DNA of 63,596 bases, counting the filler. It is 5 parts of 5 records of this genome, joined end to end, with 100 filler letters (N's around TTAATTAATTAA, not from the genome) between each part and the next. Parts side by side here need not be neighbours in the genome. Positions count along the whole stretch, not along the records: positions 16,796 to 48,528 come from DRR723986_5577; positions 48,629 to 57,974 come from DRR723986_5580; 3 more parts are not named here. One strand, given 5' to 3'. Made by a program: the position numbers and the translations under genes. The number at the start of each line of letters is the position of its first letter. Within the stretch, counting starts at the first letter, position 1. Under the pieces are notes generated by a model, which made no database searches, was not told where the DNA came from, and saw only the letters and a program-made list of their open reading frames with translations. Below, piece after piece: positions 41,112 to 51,348 of the stretch.

Positions 41112-41906
41112 TTAGTTAAACAGACCGATAAAAACACCTGCCTGCAAAGTAAGCCCGGACGTATCCAGGTCGGGCGCGTCGGCAACAGGGCTGGTAATTC
41201 TGTCTACTTCCCAGTCACCGGTTGTGATGCTGAGCATGTATCCACCGTTAACGCGCAGCATTGCAAAACGGCTGACGGCGTATTCGATGTCGACACTGAG
41301 GCCTGCGCTCCAGTGTGAAGCTTCGAGCACGCGATGCCGGTTGAGTGATTCATTGCCGAAGTCAAACTCATCGTCGAAACTACGCTCACCAGTAGTCTGT
41401 GAGGCGTTGATTTCCATGCTGCCCCAGTAGATACCGGCGCCTGGCAGAATCACAAATTCGTTGGTTACTTGCAAGGCGTAATCAACCATGATGCCCTGGA
41501 AGTCCTGCGAATACTGGAAGCGACGATCGACGCTTGTTGGGTCGGGTGTGTTAAGCGTCAGGCTACCTTCGCTGACGTCGGTACCGCTCATGGCGGAGAA
41601 ACCAACGCGCATGTTTTCGATGAATCCGAGGCCGAGGAAAGCTTCCCAGCCGGTCATAATCATCGGCGAGGAGATTTCATCTCCTACACCTAAATTGTTC
41701 AAATTGACTTTCAGATCGTCAAAGTTGCCGAAGTGAGTTGTGATCGTAAAACCGGCCGCAACTGCGAAGTAGGGCTGGGAGTTGTCAAAATCTTCTTCGA
41801 CGTCATCAAAATCGAAGCTGTCGAGTTCATCATCCTGCGCATGAACACTCGCCGCACACAGCACAAATGCCAGCATTGTAAAAGCAAAGCGTTTCATCAA
41901 GTTCAT
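41112..41906 (-). CDS. Hypothetical outer-membrane beta-barrel protein
   Basis: Signal peptide (VHA|QD), amphipathic strands and C-terminal QAGVFIGLFN. Confidence 0.72.
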   Translation of the reverse strand: MNLMKRFAFTMLAFVLCAASVHAQDDELDSFDFDDVEEDFDNSQPYFAVAAGFTITTHFGNFDDLKVNLNNLGVGDEISSPMIMTGWEAFLGLGFIENMRVGFSAMSGTDVSEGSLTLNTPDPTSVDRRFQYSQDFQGIMVDYALQVTNEFVILPGAGIYWGSMEINASQTTGERSFDDEFDFGNESLNRHRVLEASHWSAGLSVDIEYAVSRFAMLRVNGGYMLSITTGDWEVDRITSPVADAPDLDTSGLTLQAGVFIGLFN

Positions 41907-42111
41907 GGCCTCACCCAAGTAGTTTAAACAGAATCGCAAAATTACGAAGCCCGGTTCACATATCCTATCGGTGTGAAGCTGTGGGCCCGAGTATCGGTGC
42001 CAGGAAGTGTAGAGATAGTCGGTAATATGCGCGGCACAACGGCCGGCACGTATGAAGCTTTTGGGTCCCAGACCTGAAAGATTTCAGGAAAACAACGCCG
42101 CCTGGGCAGGT

Positions 42112-43443
42112 TTAACGCTCACCAAAGGGACGGAACCAGGTGTCGCCCATGCTAAGGGAAAATGACATCCGGAAGAAGCGCTCCTGGATCAGATTGTCGG
42201 CAGTTGTGCCGCGCTGACCGACCGTCAGAGCTGCGTCGAGTGTTGCACGCTCACTGATTGGCAGCTGCACACCAACGGAGGCTGCGATTTCGTCCAGCCC
42301 ATTATTGCGGACCATGTAATAGTCCTGCAGATAACTGAATCCAAAGTTCCAGGTCCACTGGTCGCGGAAGCGGCGGAACGAGTCGTTCGTCCGCAGCCAC
42401 TGCACACCGGCGCTGAATTTGTTGGAGCGGCGGAATTCGGCCTGGCCTTCACCACCGCGAATGTTGAAGCTGCTGAAGTCTTTGGTGACAATGTCGGCGG
42501 CCCAGACGAATTCACCGGTCGTATACGATCCGCCAACCCCGAGTACGGTTGGCATGGGGCTAATAGCGCTCGAAGAGATCGTGGAGTCGTTATACAGCGT
42601 CACGTTGTTGGTGAAATATTCATTCTCGCGCTCGATGTCCAGGTCGGAATTGAGCGTAGCGGTCAGGCCCAGGCGCAATTTGCTGTTGACGTCATAGGTA
42701 AACCCAAGGCGCACACCGGCACCGGAGAAACCGAAGCGCTGCTCGACGTTGTTATTCGAAAACAGGCTGTTGTCAAAGCGCGTATCGGCAGCTGAGTTGA
42801 TACTTCCAAAGTAGAAAACACCGTTGATTCCGAAGGCCAGGTTATCCAGGGGACGAATTGCGCCACCCAGGAAGAACTCAGAAAGGCCGCCGCTACCGCG
42901 ATATTCAACGGTAGTATTGAGTGTCTCACCATCGGGGAAGACGTCCTGCTCAACGGTCGCAAAACGATAGTTGACGGAGCTGTAGGGACGCAGGCCGAAC
43001 ATGAGGCCGGCACCCAGAGCCGTATCGATCGCCATGCCGGCGGTCAGGCCCATGATTTTGCCGTTGTTCTGCTCTACCGTGCGCAGGTCTGTATTCGCCT
43101 GTATCTGGCGGAAGAGATACGAAGCCTGAATGCGGGTAGTCTCCAGGTCGGCTATTGAGGCCGGATTGACCGGGTTGATAGCGTAGGGCGAAGAGACTGC
43201 GATGGCTGTGCCGCCGAGGCCTTCGTATACCGCGCTGGCATGATCGTATAAATCACCGACGCCAAATACGGAGTAGTTGGAGCCACCCTGTGCCTGCAGA
43301 ACGCTGGAGCTACAGAACAATGCCATCACGCCTACGCCAAACAGCGTTAACAGTCGTGATGTGGCCCCAGCCGATGGATTAGCTAAGAATGTTGGAAGCA
43401 TATGTGCAATCAAGCCAATATCTGTGTAAGGCACGCAGGTCAA
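42112..43443 (-). CDS. FadL/OmpP1-like outer-membrane barrel (Bacteroidota type)
   Basis: LQA|QGGSNYSVFGVGD, GLGG, INPVNPAS, GLRPYSSVNY, GSGGLS, GQRGTT..NLIQE and D-x-W-F tail; start is either TTG 43443 or ATG 43401. Confidence 0.75.
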   Translation of the reverse strand: MTCVPYTDIGLIAHMLPTFLANPSAGATSRLLTLFGVGVMALFCSSSVLQAQGGSNYSVFGVGDLYDHASAVYEGLGGTAIAVSSPYAINPVNPASIADLETTRIQASYLFRQIQANTDLRTVEQNNGKIMGLTAGMAIDTALGAGLMFGLRPYSSVNYRFATVEQDVFPDGETLNTTVEYRGSGGLSEFFLGGAIRPLDNLAFGINGVFYFGSINSAADTRFDNSLFSNNNVEQRFGFSGAGVRLGFTYDVNSKLRLGLTATLNSDLDIERENEYFTNNVTLYNDSTISSSAISPMPTVLGVGGSYTTGEFVWAADIVTKDFSSFNIRGGEGQAEFRRSNKFSAGVQWLRTNDSFRRFRDQWTWNFGFSYLQDYYMVRNNGLDEIAASVGVQLPISERATLDAALTVGQRGTTADNLIQERFFRMSFSLSMGDTWFRPFGER

Positions 43444-44783
43444 CGTGGACGCGTGCGATAGTAAATTTTGAGGAGCGGACGATTCTCAACTTCATCAGCA
43501 TCCGGACCGTAAAACACCAGTCGGTCCATTTCAAACTGTTCTTCAGCGGAAAGAGTTTGAATCAGGAATGATTGATTCAAATCATTGCGCAGCCAATCCT
43601 CAAGTATCTGCTCCAGGCCGGTCACGAGGTAACGTCCGCTGCCGTCTGCCTGAATCCCGGTAGAACGCGAGAGTGTCGTGTTCGCCACCAGCGAACCATC
43701 TTCCGATGCGCGCGCCGTAATGTTGTTGGAGCGCTCGTTGCCGCCACGGCCTTCGAGCGTCAATTCTTTGTCGATCGTCAAATCCAGCTGGGCGTAGGCG
43801 ACGCGTGAGAGGTCTGGAATCTGTGAGACATCCAGATCAATGGCGTAACGCCAGGCGCTACCGCCCTGCAGTACAAACCGTTTTTCAGGTGCCGGCGGAG
43901 TATCGATGTAGGTTCCGTCGTTACCGGCAGAAATGATGACGGTATCAACGCCCGTACTATCGACGTGTTGATAGACCAGCTCCAGGAAGCTGAAAGGCAC
44001 ATCGTCGAGCGTGCTGATTTGCGGCGTAGCAAAGCTGCGGATCAGATTGTTGCTCTCACTGGGCAGCAGCGCCAGACCGTAATTGTCATCGCGCAGCGTA
44101 TCACCATTCAGCAGGGCTGCATCACGGCGGACTACGAAGTCGGCACGGCGCTCCATCCATTCAAAGAACAGGGCCTGGTCAACATCACCCAATCTCACGG
44201 GCACGACGCTGTCGGCATACGGAATACTGCCGCTGAATTCAACTACCGGCGCAACGGCAAACAGCGGGGCTCCACTTTCGCGGCGTTCTTCTATCGTTGA
44301 GCGTGTCGTGAAGGCACCAAAGGTCTCCTCTTCGGTCCATTCCAGGTTGTGCACACTGAAATTGAGAACGTTCGAAGCGGTGTCACCAATTGCGTAATTG
44401 GCGGCAAACATGTTCAAAGAAAGGGACTGGATGGTGTAACGCGACTGATCAAAGAGGTCGAGTTCGTCAACATTTGAGATTGTCGAGAAGCGCAGGATGC
44501 TCAATGCCTCGCTGCCGTCGTCAAGCCTGCCAACGTAAAGCGGGCCGGCATTAAACAGCGGACGCCCGGCAATGAAGGTGTCGATGCGGCCATTCTCGAA
44601 ACTGAGCAGCAGCGGTACTTCGGACGAAAGCAGCCGATAGGTATCGGCTGTGTCGATCACGTACTCACTACCCAGGTCGGTAGGCAAGTCATTACACGCA
44701 TTGGTACTGAGCATAACGAGCCCACTCAGCAAGGCAAAGCAGGTCAACAGCCAGGGGGAAGTAGCTGTGCGGGATTCTCTCAT
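43440..44783 (-). CDS. DUF4270-like surface lipoprotein
   Basis: TNA|CNDLPTDLG lipobox, IDT, LYVG..D and C-terminal RPLLKIYY; follows glgA as DUF4270 genes do in Bacteroidota. Confidence 0.6.
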   Translation of the reverse strand: MRESRTATSPWLLTCFALLSGLVMLSTNACNDLPTDLGSEYVIDTADTYRLLSSEVPLLLSFENGRIDTFIAGRPLFNAGPLYVGRLDDGSEALSILRFSTISNVDELDLFDQSRYTIQSLSLNMFAANYAIGDTASNVLNFSVHNLEWTEEETFGAFTTRSTIEERRESGAPLFAVAPVVEFSGSIPYADSVVPVRLGDVDQALFFEWMERRADFVVRRDAALLNGDTLRDDNYGLALLPSESNNLIRSFATPQISTLDDVPFSFLELVYQHVDSTGVDTVIISAGNDGTYIDTPPAPEKRFVLQGGSAWRYAIDLDVSQIPDLSRVAYAQLDLTIDKELTLEGRGGNERSNNITARASEDGSLVANTTLSRSTGIQADGSGRYLVTGLEQILEDWLRNDLNQSFLIQTLSAEEQFEMDRLVFYGPDADEVENRPLLKIYYRTRPR

Positions 44784-44909
44784 AAACTAGAACTTGGCGT
44801 TTGGGTATCGACGTTAAATATGGCCGGAGCCGAATATACGGATGGTCCAAGCAGTTATTTGGTCACAGTCCGGGCACAAATTTCTGCCTGTGCCAGGCAG
44901 TCAGCCCAC

Positions 44910-44945
44910 AAAAACGGGCAGGAACCACTAGCTGCCCCCTGCCCT
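44910..44945 (-). terminator. glgA terminator
   Basis: Minus strand GGGCAGGGGGC..GTTCCTGCCC-GTTTTT. Confidence 0.6.
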
Positions 44946-44974
44946 TATTCGGCTGAATTATGGAATTGGCCGGC

Positions 44975-46450
44975 TTAATCGAAGAGCGTGCGGTAAATAC
45001 TTTCGTACTCACCGGCAGCTTTGTTCCAGGAATGGTCTTCACTCATTCCCTGTTCTACCAGCTTCGTCCAGCGCGTTTTATCGCCAAACGCATCCATTGC
45101 GCGTTGCACGGCTGCCAGCATGTCTTCTGTTGTATAGTTTTCAAACACAAAACCGTTACCGGGGCCGGCTTCGCCGTCCGCCTCACGTACTGTGTCCTTC
45201 AAACCACCTGTAGCACGCACGATTGGCACGGTGCCATAGGCAAAAGAGTACATTTGATTCAGGCCGCAGGGCTCAAATTTTGACGGCATCAGATACATAT
45301 CTGCGCCGGCTTCTATCAGGTGCGCCAGATTATCGTCAAACCCGATTTTCACGCCAACCTTGTCTGGATACTTGTCACGCAGGGCTTCCAGATCTGCCTG
45401 GATTTGCGCTTCACCTTCACCCAGAATCACTAGCTGGAGGTCGTGTTCGAGGAGCTTATCGGCAGCTTCCTGAAGTAGACTGAGACCTTTGTGCGCAACA
45501 AGTCGCGAAATCATGGCAACAACCGGACGGCCGGCGGTGAAATTGAGGCCAAACTCTTCGAGCAGTTTTTCCTTATTGCCTTCCTTTTTGTCGATGCTGT
45601 CGGCGGTGTACTTTTTGGCGATCAGCTTATCTTTCTCAGGATTCCAGACGGTGGTGTCAATTCCGTTCAGGACCGGCGTAAACACGTCTTTACGCGCTTC
45701 AATTGCCGTATTGAGGCCGCCGGTCATGTCTGCATTCTCAAGGATTTCCTGCGCGTAGGACGGGCTTACCGTCGTCACGTGGTCAGCATAACTGATGCCG
45801 GCTTTCAGGAAATTAAATTTGCCATCGTGGCTGACGCGCTCGCGCACTGATTCTGCAAAGCCGGCCTTGGGGAAGGTCTTGTCCAGGTCAAAAGCGCCCT
45901 GGTTGGCAATGTTGTGAATCGTGAACACAATTTTTGTATCGGCAAACTGCTCGGGGAACATCTCACGCATGTAAACGGGAATCAGCCCCGTGTGCCAGTC
46001 ATTGCAGTGCACGACGTCGGGAAACCAACCGAGCAACATGCAGGTTTCAATCACGGTGCGACTGAAGAACATGAAACGCTCGTCGTTATCCTCGTAGTCC
46101 AGTCCGGTTTCCGGATCCGAATACACGCCCCACTTGGAGTCAAAGTAGCGGTGATTCGTTGTCATATACGCCTGCACCTTGGTGCGTGGATTGACGATGG
46201 ATGAGGATTTGACTGTTGCCGGCTCCGTCAGCTCACCAACTGGAATCGGCAAATCTTTGAGTCGATTAATCTCGTGAATGCGATTGCGCCGCTCACTGAT
46301 CGGACCATACTTCGGTAACATCACACGGATGTCATGCCCGATGTCACGCAAGGCCAACGGCAGGCCATACGCCACGTCCGCTAATCCGCCGGTTTTTGCA
46401 AACGGAAAAATTTCACTCGCGCAGAACAAAATGCTTAGCGGTTTCGCCAT
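44975..46450 (-). CDS. glgA: Glycogen synthase
   Basis: KTGGLADV, HCNDWHT, TIHN..QG, SRL..HKG, PSKFEPCGL and RATGGL. Confidence 0.96.
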   Translation of the reverse strand: MAKPLSILFCASEIFPFAKTGGLADVAYGLPLALRDIGHDIRVMLPKYGPISERRNRIHEINRLKDLPIPVGELTEPATVKSSSIVNPRTKVQAYMTTNHRYFDSKWGVYSDPETGLDYEDNDERFMFFSRTVIETCMLLGWFPDVVHCNDWHTGLIPVYMREMFPEQFADTKIVFTIHNIANQGAFDLDKTFPKAGFAESVRERVSHDGKFNFLKAGISYADHVTTVSPSYAQEILENADMTGGLNTAIEARKDVFTPVLNGIDTTVWNPEKDKLIAKKYTADSIDKKEGNKEKLLEEFGLNFTAGRPVVAMISRLVAHKGLSLLQEAADKLLEHDLQLVILGEGEAQIQADLEALRDKYPDKVGVKIGFDDNLAHLIEAGADMYLMPSKFEPCGLNQMYSFAYGTVPIVRATGGLKDTVREADGEAGPGNGFVFENYTTEDMLAAVQRAMDAFGDKTRWTKLVEQGMSEDHSWNKAAGEYESIYRTLFD

Positions 46451-47005
46451 ATTGTTATTATGTTCGGGTTGAAGTTGGACATACTATCGTGATGACGGCG
46501 CACTTCACAGCTTACTGTGAGGCAGCACTCACTCGATCTCCGGCGCCGGCACGGACTTATTACAGCGCAACGGAACTGGCCTACATCAAGGCTCGAAATC
46601 TCCGTTCGTTGAGCCGGACACTTGGCTTATGCTCAGTTGGCCCAGGGTGATCCAGGGTGGCAACTGCGAGCGCGCATTCGCGTCGTGACGGCAAAGCCGT
46701 AATACTCAGCTTCTCCACCTACAGCCTTGCAGACGAAAAAAGCCGATTGTACTTCGGCGGCATTCACAAAAATAGGCAACTGAGCGAGTTTTTCCAATCG
46801 GGACGCCGATTTACATTCCCATTTCGAAACATAATCACAACTTCCAGCACACTCAGAACACAAAATGGCAAAGCTGGTACAGCTATCGTGCCAGCCATAT
46901 TCCAGTTTTGTAATCGGGGTACCTTGAGTGCTGCCTGCGCCCTAAAACCAGCAGTTGCAGAGCTCATGGTGTTGAGCTCCAAACGCCACAAACCTTGATA
47001 CAGGC

Positions 47006-47788
47006 TTAAATCCGGAACGTAAATGTGATGAATCCGGCCATGTCTTTCTTCTCAGCAATCGGGCCAAAACGCCATTGTTTCATCGCCTGAATTGCACGCG
47101 TGGCCAGCGCAGGCTCACCCTGGCGAATTGGCATAACACTCGTAACACGACCTTCGGGCGAGACTGTAAATTTTAATCGTACTTCTACAGAACGATTGAC
47201 GCCGCGCGCATAACTCGGCAACTTTTTCTGCAGGACAATCCGGTTGCCGCCGCCGCCCCATTCAACGTCACCAAATCCTTCACCGCTACCGACACCGCCG
47301 CCAAAGTCGCCCAAGCCACGCGCACCTGCATCGGGGTCTGAGATTGAGCGCCCCACGTCGCGGCTGCCTTCACGGGCCGCGTCGTCTTCACGGGTTGCGG
47401 TTTGAGCACGCCGTTCGCGCACAATATTTGGTATGGCGTTGGGATGTTCACTGGTATTGGCGTTATCGCTTATCTCCGGACTGGTCGGTGCACGTTCGGC
47501 GTCTTCCAGTGGTGTTGGCCGCTCCTGGCCGGCACGCTGAGCGCCTTCTTTCTGTACATTGCCTTTTGAAATTCCAGTCCCGTCCCCCAGGCCAAGCACG
47601 ATTATGCTGGGAATGCGGTCGGGCGGCTGAATTTCACGCTGACTGATGTCCAGGTCTGCATAGGTCATAAAAAGCCAGAGCATAATTGCATTTAGCACCA
47701 ATGCCAGGCCAAAACTACGCGCCGTATTCCCGTTCCAGGGAATATCTATCTGTAGCCCACCGCTTTCTTCTATTCTTGATTGTTCCAT
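47006..47788 (-). CDS. Energy transducer TonB-family protein
   Basis: N-terminal TM, low-complexity/Gly-rich linker and C-terminal LKFTVSPEGRV...AMKQWRF. Confidence 0.82.
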   Translation of the reverse strand: MEQSRIEESGGLQIDIPWNGNTARSFGLALVLNAIMLWLFMTYADLDISQREIQPPDRIPSIIVLGLGDGTGISKGNVQKEGAQRAGQERPTPLEDAERAPTSPEISDNANTSEHPNAIPNIVRERRAQTATREDDAAREGSRDVGRSISDPDAGARGLGDFGGGVGSGEGFGDVEWGGGGNRIVLQKKLPSYARGVNRSVEVRLKFTVSPEGRVTSVMPIRQGEPALATRAIQAMKQWRFGPIAEKKDMAGFITFTFRI

Positions 47789-47936
47789 AGTCGATTCTCC
47801 GCGCCCTAAGCGCAATCGCCGGGTATTTTTTCATCACTCCATCTCTTACTGACAGGTCTGCCGGCGACCTCAGTATGAAGCGTTGCCCCTACAAGAAGGT
47901 GTCAGATTACATCTGGTCACATCTTACGGCGCCAAC

Positions 47937-48528
47937 TTAGCGCACACGCACTACCCAGGCACGCGCATAACCCAGCTCCCGAGCATTACGTTCGGCTTCC
48001 TCACGCGTTTCAAAAATTCCAAAACGCACTCTGTACCAGATACGCTCGCGGATATATTGCGTCGTAATAAACGCACTCGCAATATTATCAGCCTGCAACT
48101 TCCGCAACCACTCCTCAGCATCCTCCAGGGACGGCGAAGAATAAATCTGTACGACGTACTCACCCTTTGGACTCGGTTTGGGCTTGCTTGCAGTTCGCTG
48201 CGCCACCATTTCTTGTGTTTGGGACGCCGGGGTTTGTGTTGTACCCGCCTGCTGACCTGAACTTTGACCAGAGCTATTTGAGGTACTTTTGTTAGGGTCG
48301 GCTTGAGTCCTTGCGGCAGCAGCGCCTGCGTCCTGCGTCACGCCGGCTGTCGCCTGCTGGGGTGGCGCCTGTGTGTCCGGCAGTGCCTCACGGCCCTGCG
48401 GCGTCGCTTCTGCGTGGCTTTCGCGCTGACCATGTTCACCGGAAGCGCCGGATGCATTTGCATCAGCAGTCAGGTCTCCAGCAGTATGATCATCGGAATG
48501 ATCATCGGAGTGATCATCGGAGTGATCA
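47937..48528 (-). CDS. SPOR domain protein, 3' part
   Basis: YVVQIYS...WYRVRFG.F.T..EA SPOR motif; frame open to contig end through (DHSD)n repeats. Confidence 0.85.
48486..48528. repeat. 12-bp coding tandem repeat
   Basis: RTGATCATCGGA x3.5, encoding DHSD on the minus strand; truncated by the contig end. Confidence 0.85.
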
Positions 48529-48628
48529 NNNNNNNNNNNNNNNNNNNNNNNNNNNNNNNNNNNNNNNNNNNNTTAATTAATTAANNNNNNNNNNNNNNNN
48601 NNNNNNNNNNNNNNNNNNNNNNNNNNNN
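48529..48628. other. Artificial contig linker
   Basis: N44-TTAATTAATTAA-N44. Confidence 0.99.
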
Positions 48629-48866
48629 GGCCCGCGCGTTCAGGTGGAAGCGGATGCTTGGGTCGGGTGAGTTCGCCACCATTTCCGAACTAGCTGAGTG
48701 CGAGGGGATTGCCCCCTCCTACATGACCCGTGTCATGCGACTGACGCTGCTCGCGCCCGACATCGTCGAGGCGATCCTAGACGGGCGGCAGAGGCCGGAG
48801 GTTACACTGGCGCAGGCGTTGGAGCCATTCCCGGTTGAATGGATGGCCCAAAACTTTCATAGATAA
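48629..48866 (+). CDS. Serine-recombinase-associated small HTH protein, 3' part
   Basis: ARAFRWKRML.SGEF.TISELA..EG....YMTRVMRLTLLAPDIVEAILDG, typical of genes just downstream of large serine recombinases in alphaproteobacterial elements. Confidence 0.7.
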
Positions 48867-48912
48867 TTGAGGCGGTTGTTCAGTCTAAACTATCACATTG
48901 TGGGAGCGGTAT

Positions 48913-51348
48913 ATGGCTATCAAAAAGAGTGACATTTACCGTTCCCTTTGGGAAAGCTGCGACCAGCTTCGGGGTGGCATGGATGCCTCGCTTTACAAGG
49001 ATTACATCCTCACCCTCCTGTTCGTGAAATACGTCTCCGACCGTGCCGGTCAGGCAGATGCGCTGATCGAGGTTCCCCCCGGGGCTTCGTTCGACGACAT
49101 GAAGGCCCTGCGTGGGTCCAAGGGTATCGGCGAGGGGATGGATACGATCATCGCCCGCATCGCCGAGGAAAATGACCTCAGTGGCGTGATCGACCGGGCC
49201 TTCTTCAACGACCCCGAGAAGTTCGGTAAAGACAAGAAGATGGTCGGCACCCTGACGGCCTTGATCAACATTTTCAGCCGGGAAGAACTCAACTTCTCCA
49301 AAAACCGTGCCGATGGCGATGACATTCTGGGCGATGCCTATGAATACCTGATGCGCAACTTTGCGACTGAATCGGGCAAGTCCAAGGGCCAGTTCTATAC
49401 CCCGGCCGAGGTGTCCCGCATCGTGGCAACTGTGGCCGGGGTCAGTCGGGCCACCAGCCCCAAGCAATCCGTCTATGACCCGACATGCGGATCGGGGTCG
49501 CTGCTTCTGAAGGCCGCTGAAAACGCTGCCGTTCCCATCTCGATCTTCGGGCAGGAGATGGACATCGCCACCCGCGGCCTTGCCCGCATGAATATGATCA
49601 TGCACAACCGGGCCACCGCCGAAATCGCCCAGGGCGACGTGATCGCCGAACCGCATTTTCTGGCCAATGCCACCACGCTCCAGACCTTTGATTTCGTCGT
49701 GGCCAACCCGCCTTTCTCGGCCAAGGCATGGGCCGCTGGCCTGACCGAAGACACCAAGTTCGGCCGCTTCACAGATGGCGAACCCCCTGCCAAAAACGGG
49801 GATTTCGCGTTCCTCCTGCATATCCTTGCATCCATGAAGGCCACCGGATCGGGCGCGGTCATCCTGCCGCACGGCGTGTTGTTTCGCGGCAATGCCGAAT
49901 CTCGCCTGCGTGAGAAAATCCTGAAACGGGGCTATATCAAGGGCATCATCGGCCTGCCGGCCAACCTGTTCTATGGCACGGGCATCCCTGCCTCCATCAT
50001 CGTGCTGGACAAATCGCAGGCGCAGGAAAACCGCCCCGTGTTCATGATCGACGCCTCCAAGGGCTTCATCAAGGACGGCAACAAGAACCGCCTGCGCGAA
50101 CGGGATATCCATAAAATCACCGATGCCTTCACAAAGGCGCAGGAAATCCCCGGCTATTCCCGGCTTGTCCCCTTTGCCGAGATCACCCGCAACGATTTCA
50201 ACCTGAACATCCCCCGCTATATCGACGGGTCCGACCCCGAAGACCTGCAAGACATCACTGCCCATCTGCATGGCGGCGTGCCCGAGCGCGACATCGATGC
50301 CCTCGCCGAGTTCTGGGATGTCATGCCCACCTTGCGGGCCACGATCTTCGGCCCGAACCCCCGGGCGGGCTATGCCGATCCGCTGGTTGCCCCCGATCAG
50401 GTGCGCAGCACCATCCGCAACCATCCCGATTTCTCGGCCTTCCGCAGCCAGATCACCGATATCCTGAACGTCTGGATCACCCAGAACACGCCCCACCTGG
50501 CCGGCATCAATCAGGGCGATCATCCAAAGGCCCTGATCGACACCATCGCCGAGGATATGCTGACCCGCTTCGCCACCGCCCCGCTGGTCGATAAATACGA
50601 GGCCTATCAGCGACTGATGTCCTATTGGGCCACCACCATGCAGGATGATGTGTTCATCATCGCGGGCGGGGGCTGGCTGGTGGCGCGTGATTTGCGAGAG
50701 GCCCGCAAGGAAGTGGCCGATGGCAAAACCAAATGGCTGGAAGAGGGCGATCTGACGGTGAACAAGTTCCGCCTTGTCGCCGATGTCATCCCGCCCGCCC
50801 TGATCACGGCGCGGTTTTTCCCTGAATTGAAGGATGCCCTTGATACCGCCACCGCACGGGCCGAGGATCTGGGCCGCGAGATTGACGAACTGGCCGAGGA
50901 ACACGGGGCCGAGGGCGGGCTGTTGGCGGATGCCCTGACAGATACCGGCAAACTGACCGCCGCATCTGTGAAAGCCCGCGAGAAATCGGGCGAGGCGGAT
51001 GCCAAGGAACGCCCCCTGCTGAAACAGGCCGCGAAACTGATCGCGGCAGAGGCGGCGGCGAAAAAGGCCGCGAAAGAGGCCGAGGCAGCGCTGACCGCCG
51101 CCGTGTTCAAGGCATACCCCGAACTGACCGAGGGCGACATCCGCACCCTTGTTGTGCAGGATAAATGGATCACCGATATCACGGCGGCGATCGGGGCAGA
51201 GGTGGAGGCCCGGACAGAAAGCCTGACCGCCCGCGTGCGGGTGCTGACCGAACGCTATGGCCAGACCCTGCCGCAGATTTTGGACGATCTGGGGGTGCTG
51301 GAGGCACGGGTGGCCGGGCATCTGGCGGCGATGGGGGTGGCGGGATGA
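48913..51348 (+). CDS. hsdM: Type I R-M methyltransferase subunit
   Basis: LRGGMD, GQFYTP, YDPTCGSGSLL, ANPPF and LPHGVLFRG; long helical C-terminal extension. Confidence 0.96.
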   Translation: MAIKKSDIYRSLWESCDQLRGGMDASLYKDYILTLLFVKYVSDRAGQADALIEVPPGASFDDMKALRGSKGIGEGMDTIIARIAEENDLSGVIDRAFFNDPEKFGKDKKMVGTLTALINIFSREELNFSKNRADGDDILGDAYEYLMRNFATESGKSKGQFYTPAEVSRIVATVAGVSRATSPKQSVYDPTCGSGSLLLKAAENAAVPISIFGQEMDIATRGLARMNMIMHNRATAEIAQGDVIAEPHFLANATTLQTFDFVVANPPFSAKAWAAGLTEDTKFGRFTDGEPPAKNGDFAFLLHILASMKATGSGAVILPHGVLFRGNAESRLREKILKRGYIKGIIGLPANLFYGTGIPASIIVLDKSQAQENRPVFMIDASKGFIKDGNKNRLRERDIHKITDAFTKAQEIPGYSRLVPFAEITRNDFNLNIPRYIDGSDPEDLQDITAHLHGGVPERDIDALAEFWDVMPTLRATIFGPNPRAGYADPLVAPDQVRSTIRNHPDFSAFRSQITDILNVWITQNTPHLAGINQGDHPKALIDTIAEDMLTRFATAPLVDKYEAYQRLMSYWATTMQDDVFIIAGGGWLVARDLREARKEVADGKTKWLEEGDLTVNKFRLVADVIPPALITARFFPELKDALDTATARAEDLGREIDELAEEHGAEGGLLADALTDTGKLTAASVKAREKSGEADAKERPLLKQAAKLIAAEAAAKKAAKEAEAALTAAVFKAYPELTEGDIRTLVVQDKWITDITAAIGAEVEARTESLTARVRVLTERYGQTLPQILDDLGVLEARVAGHLAAMGVAG

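Noticed and set aside
46647-46700. c-di-GMP-I-like GGCAA...GACGGCAAAGCC
   Set aside because: Wrong strand for glgA, and it lacks the GNRA-capped stem and second hairpin.
48880-51321. 813-aa minus-strand ORF
   Set aside because: Antisense shadow of the GC-rich hsdM with no motifs. The same applies to 52610-54121 and 54278-55165 opposite hsdR and to most short overlapping ORFs in the track.
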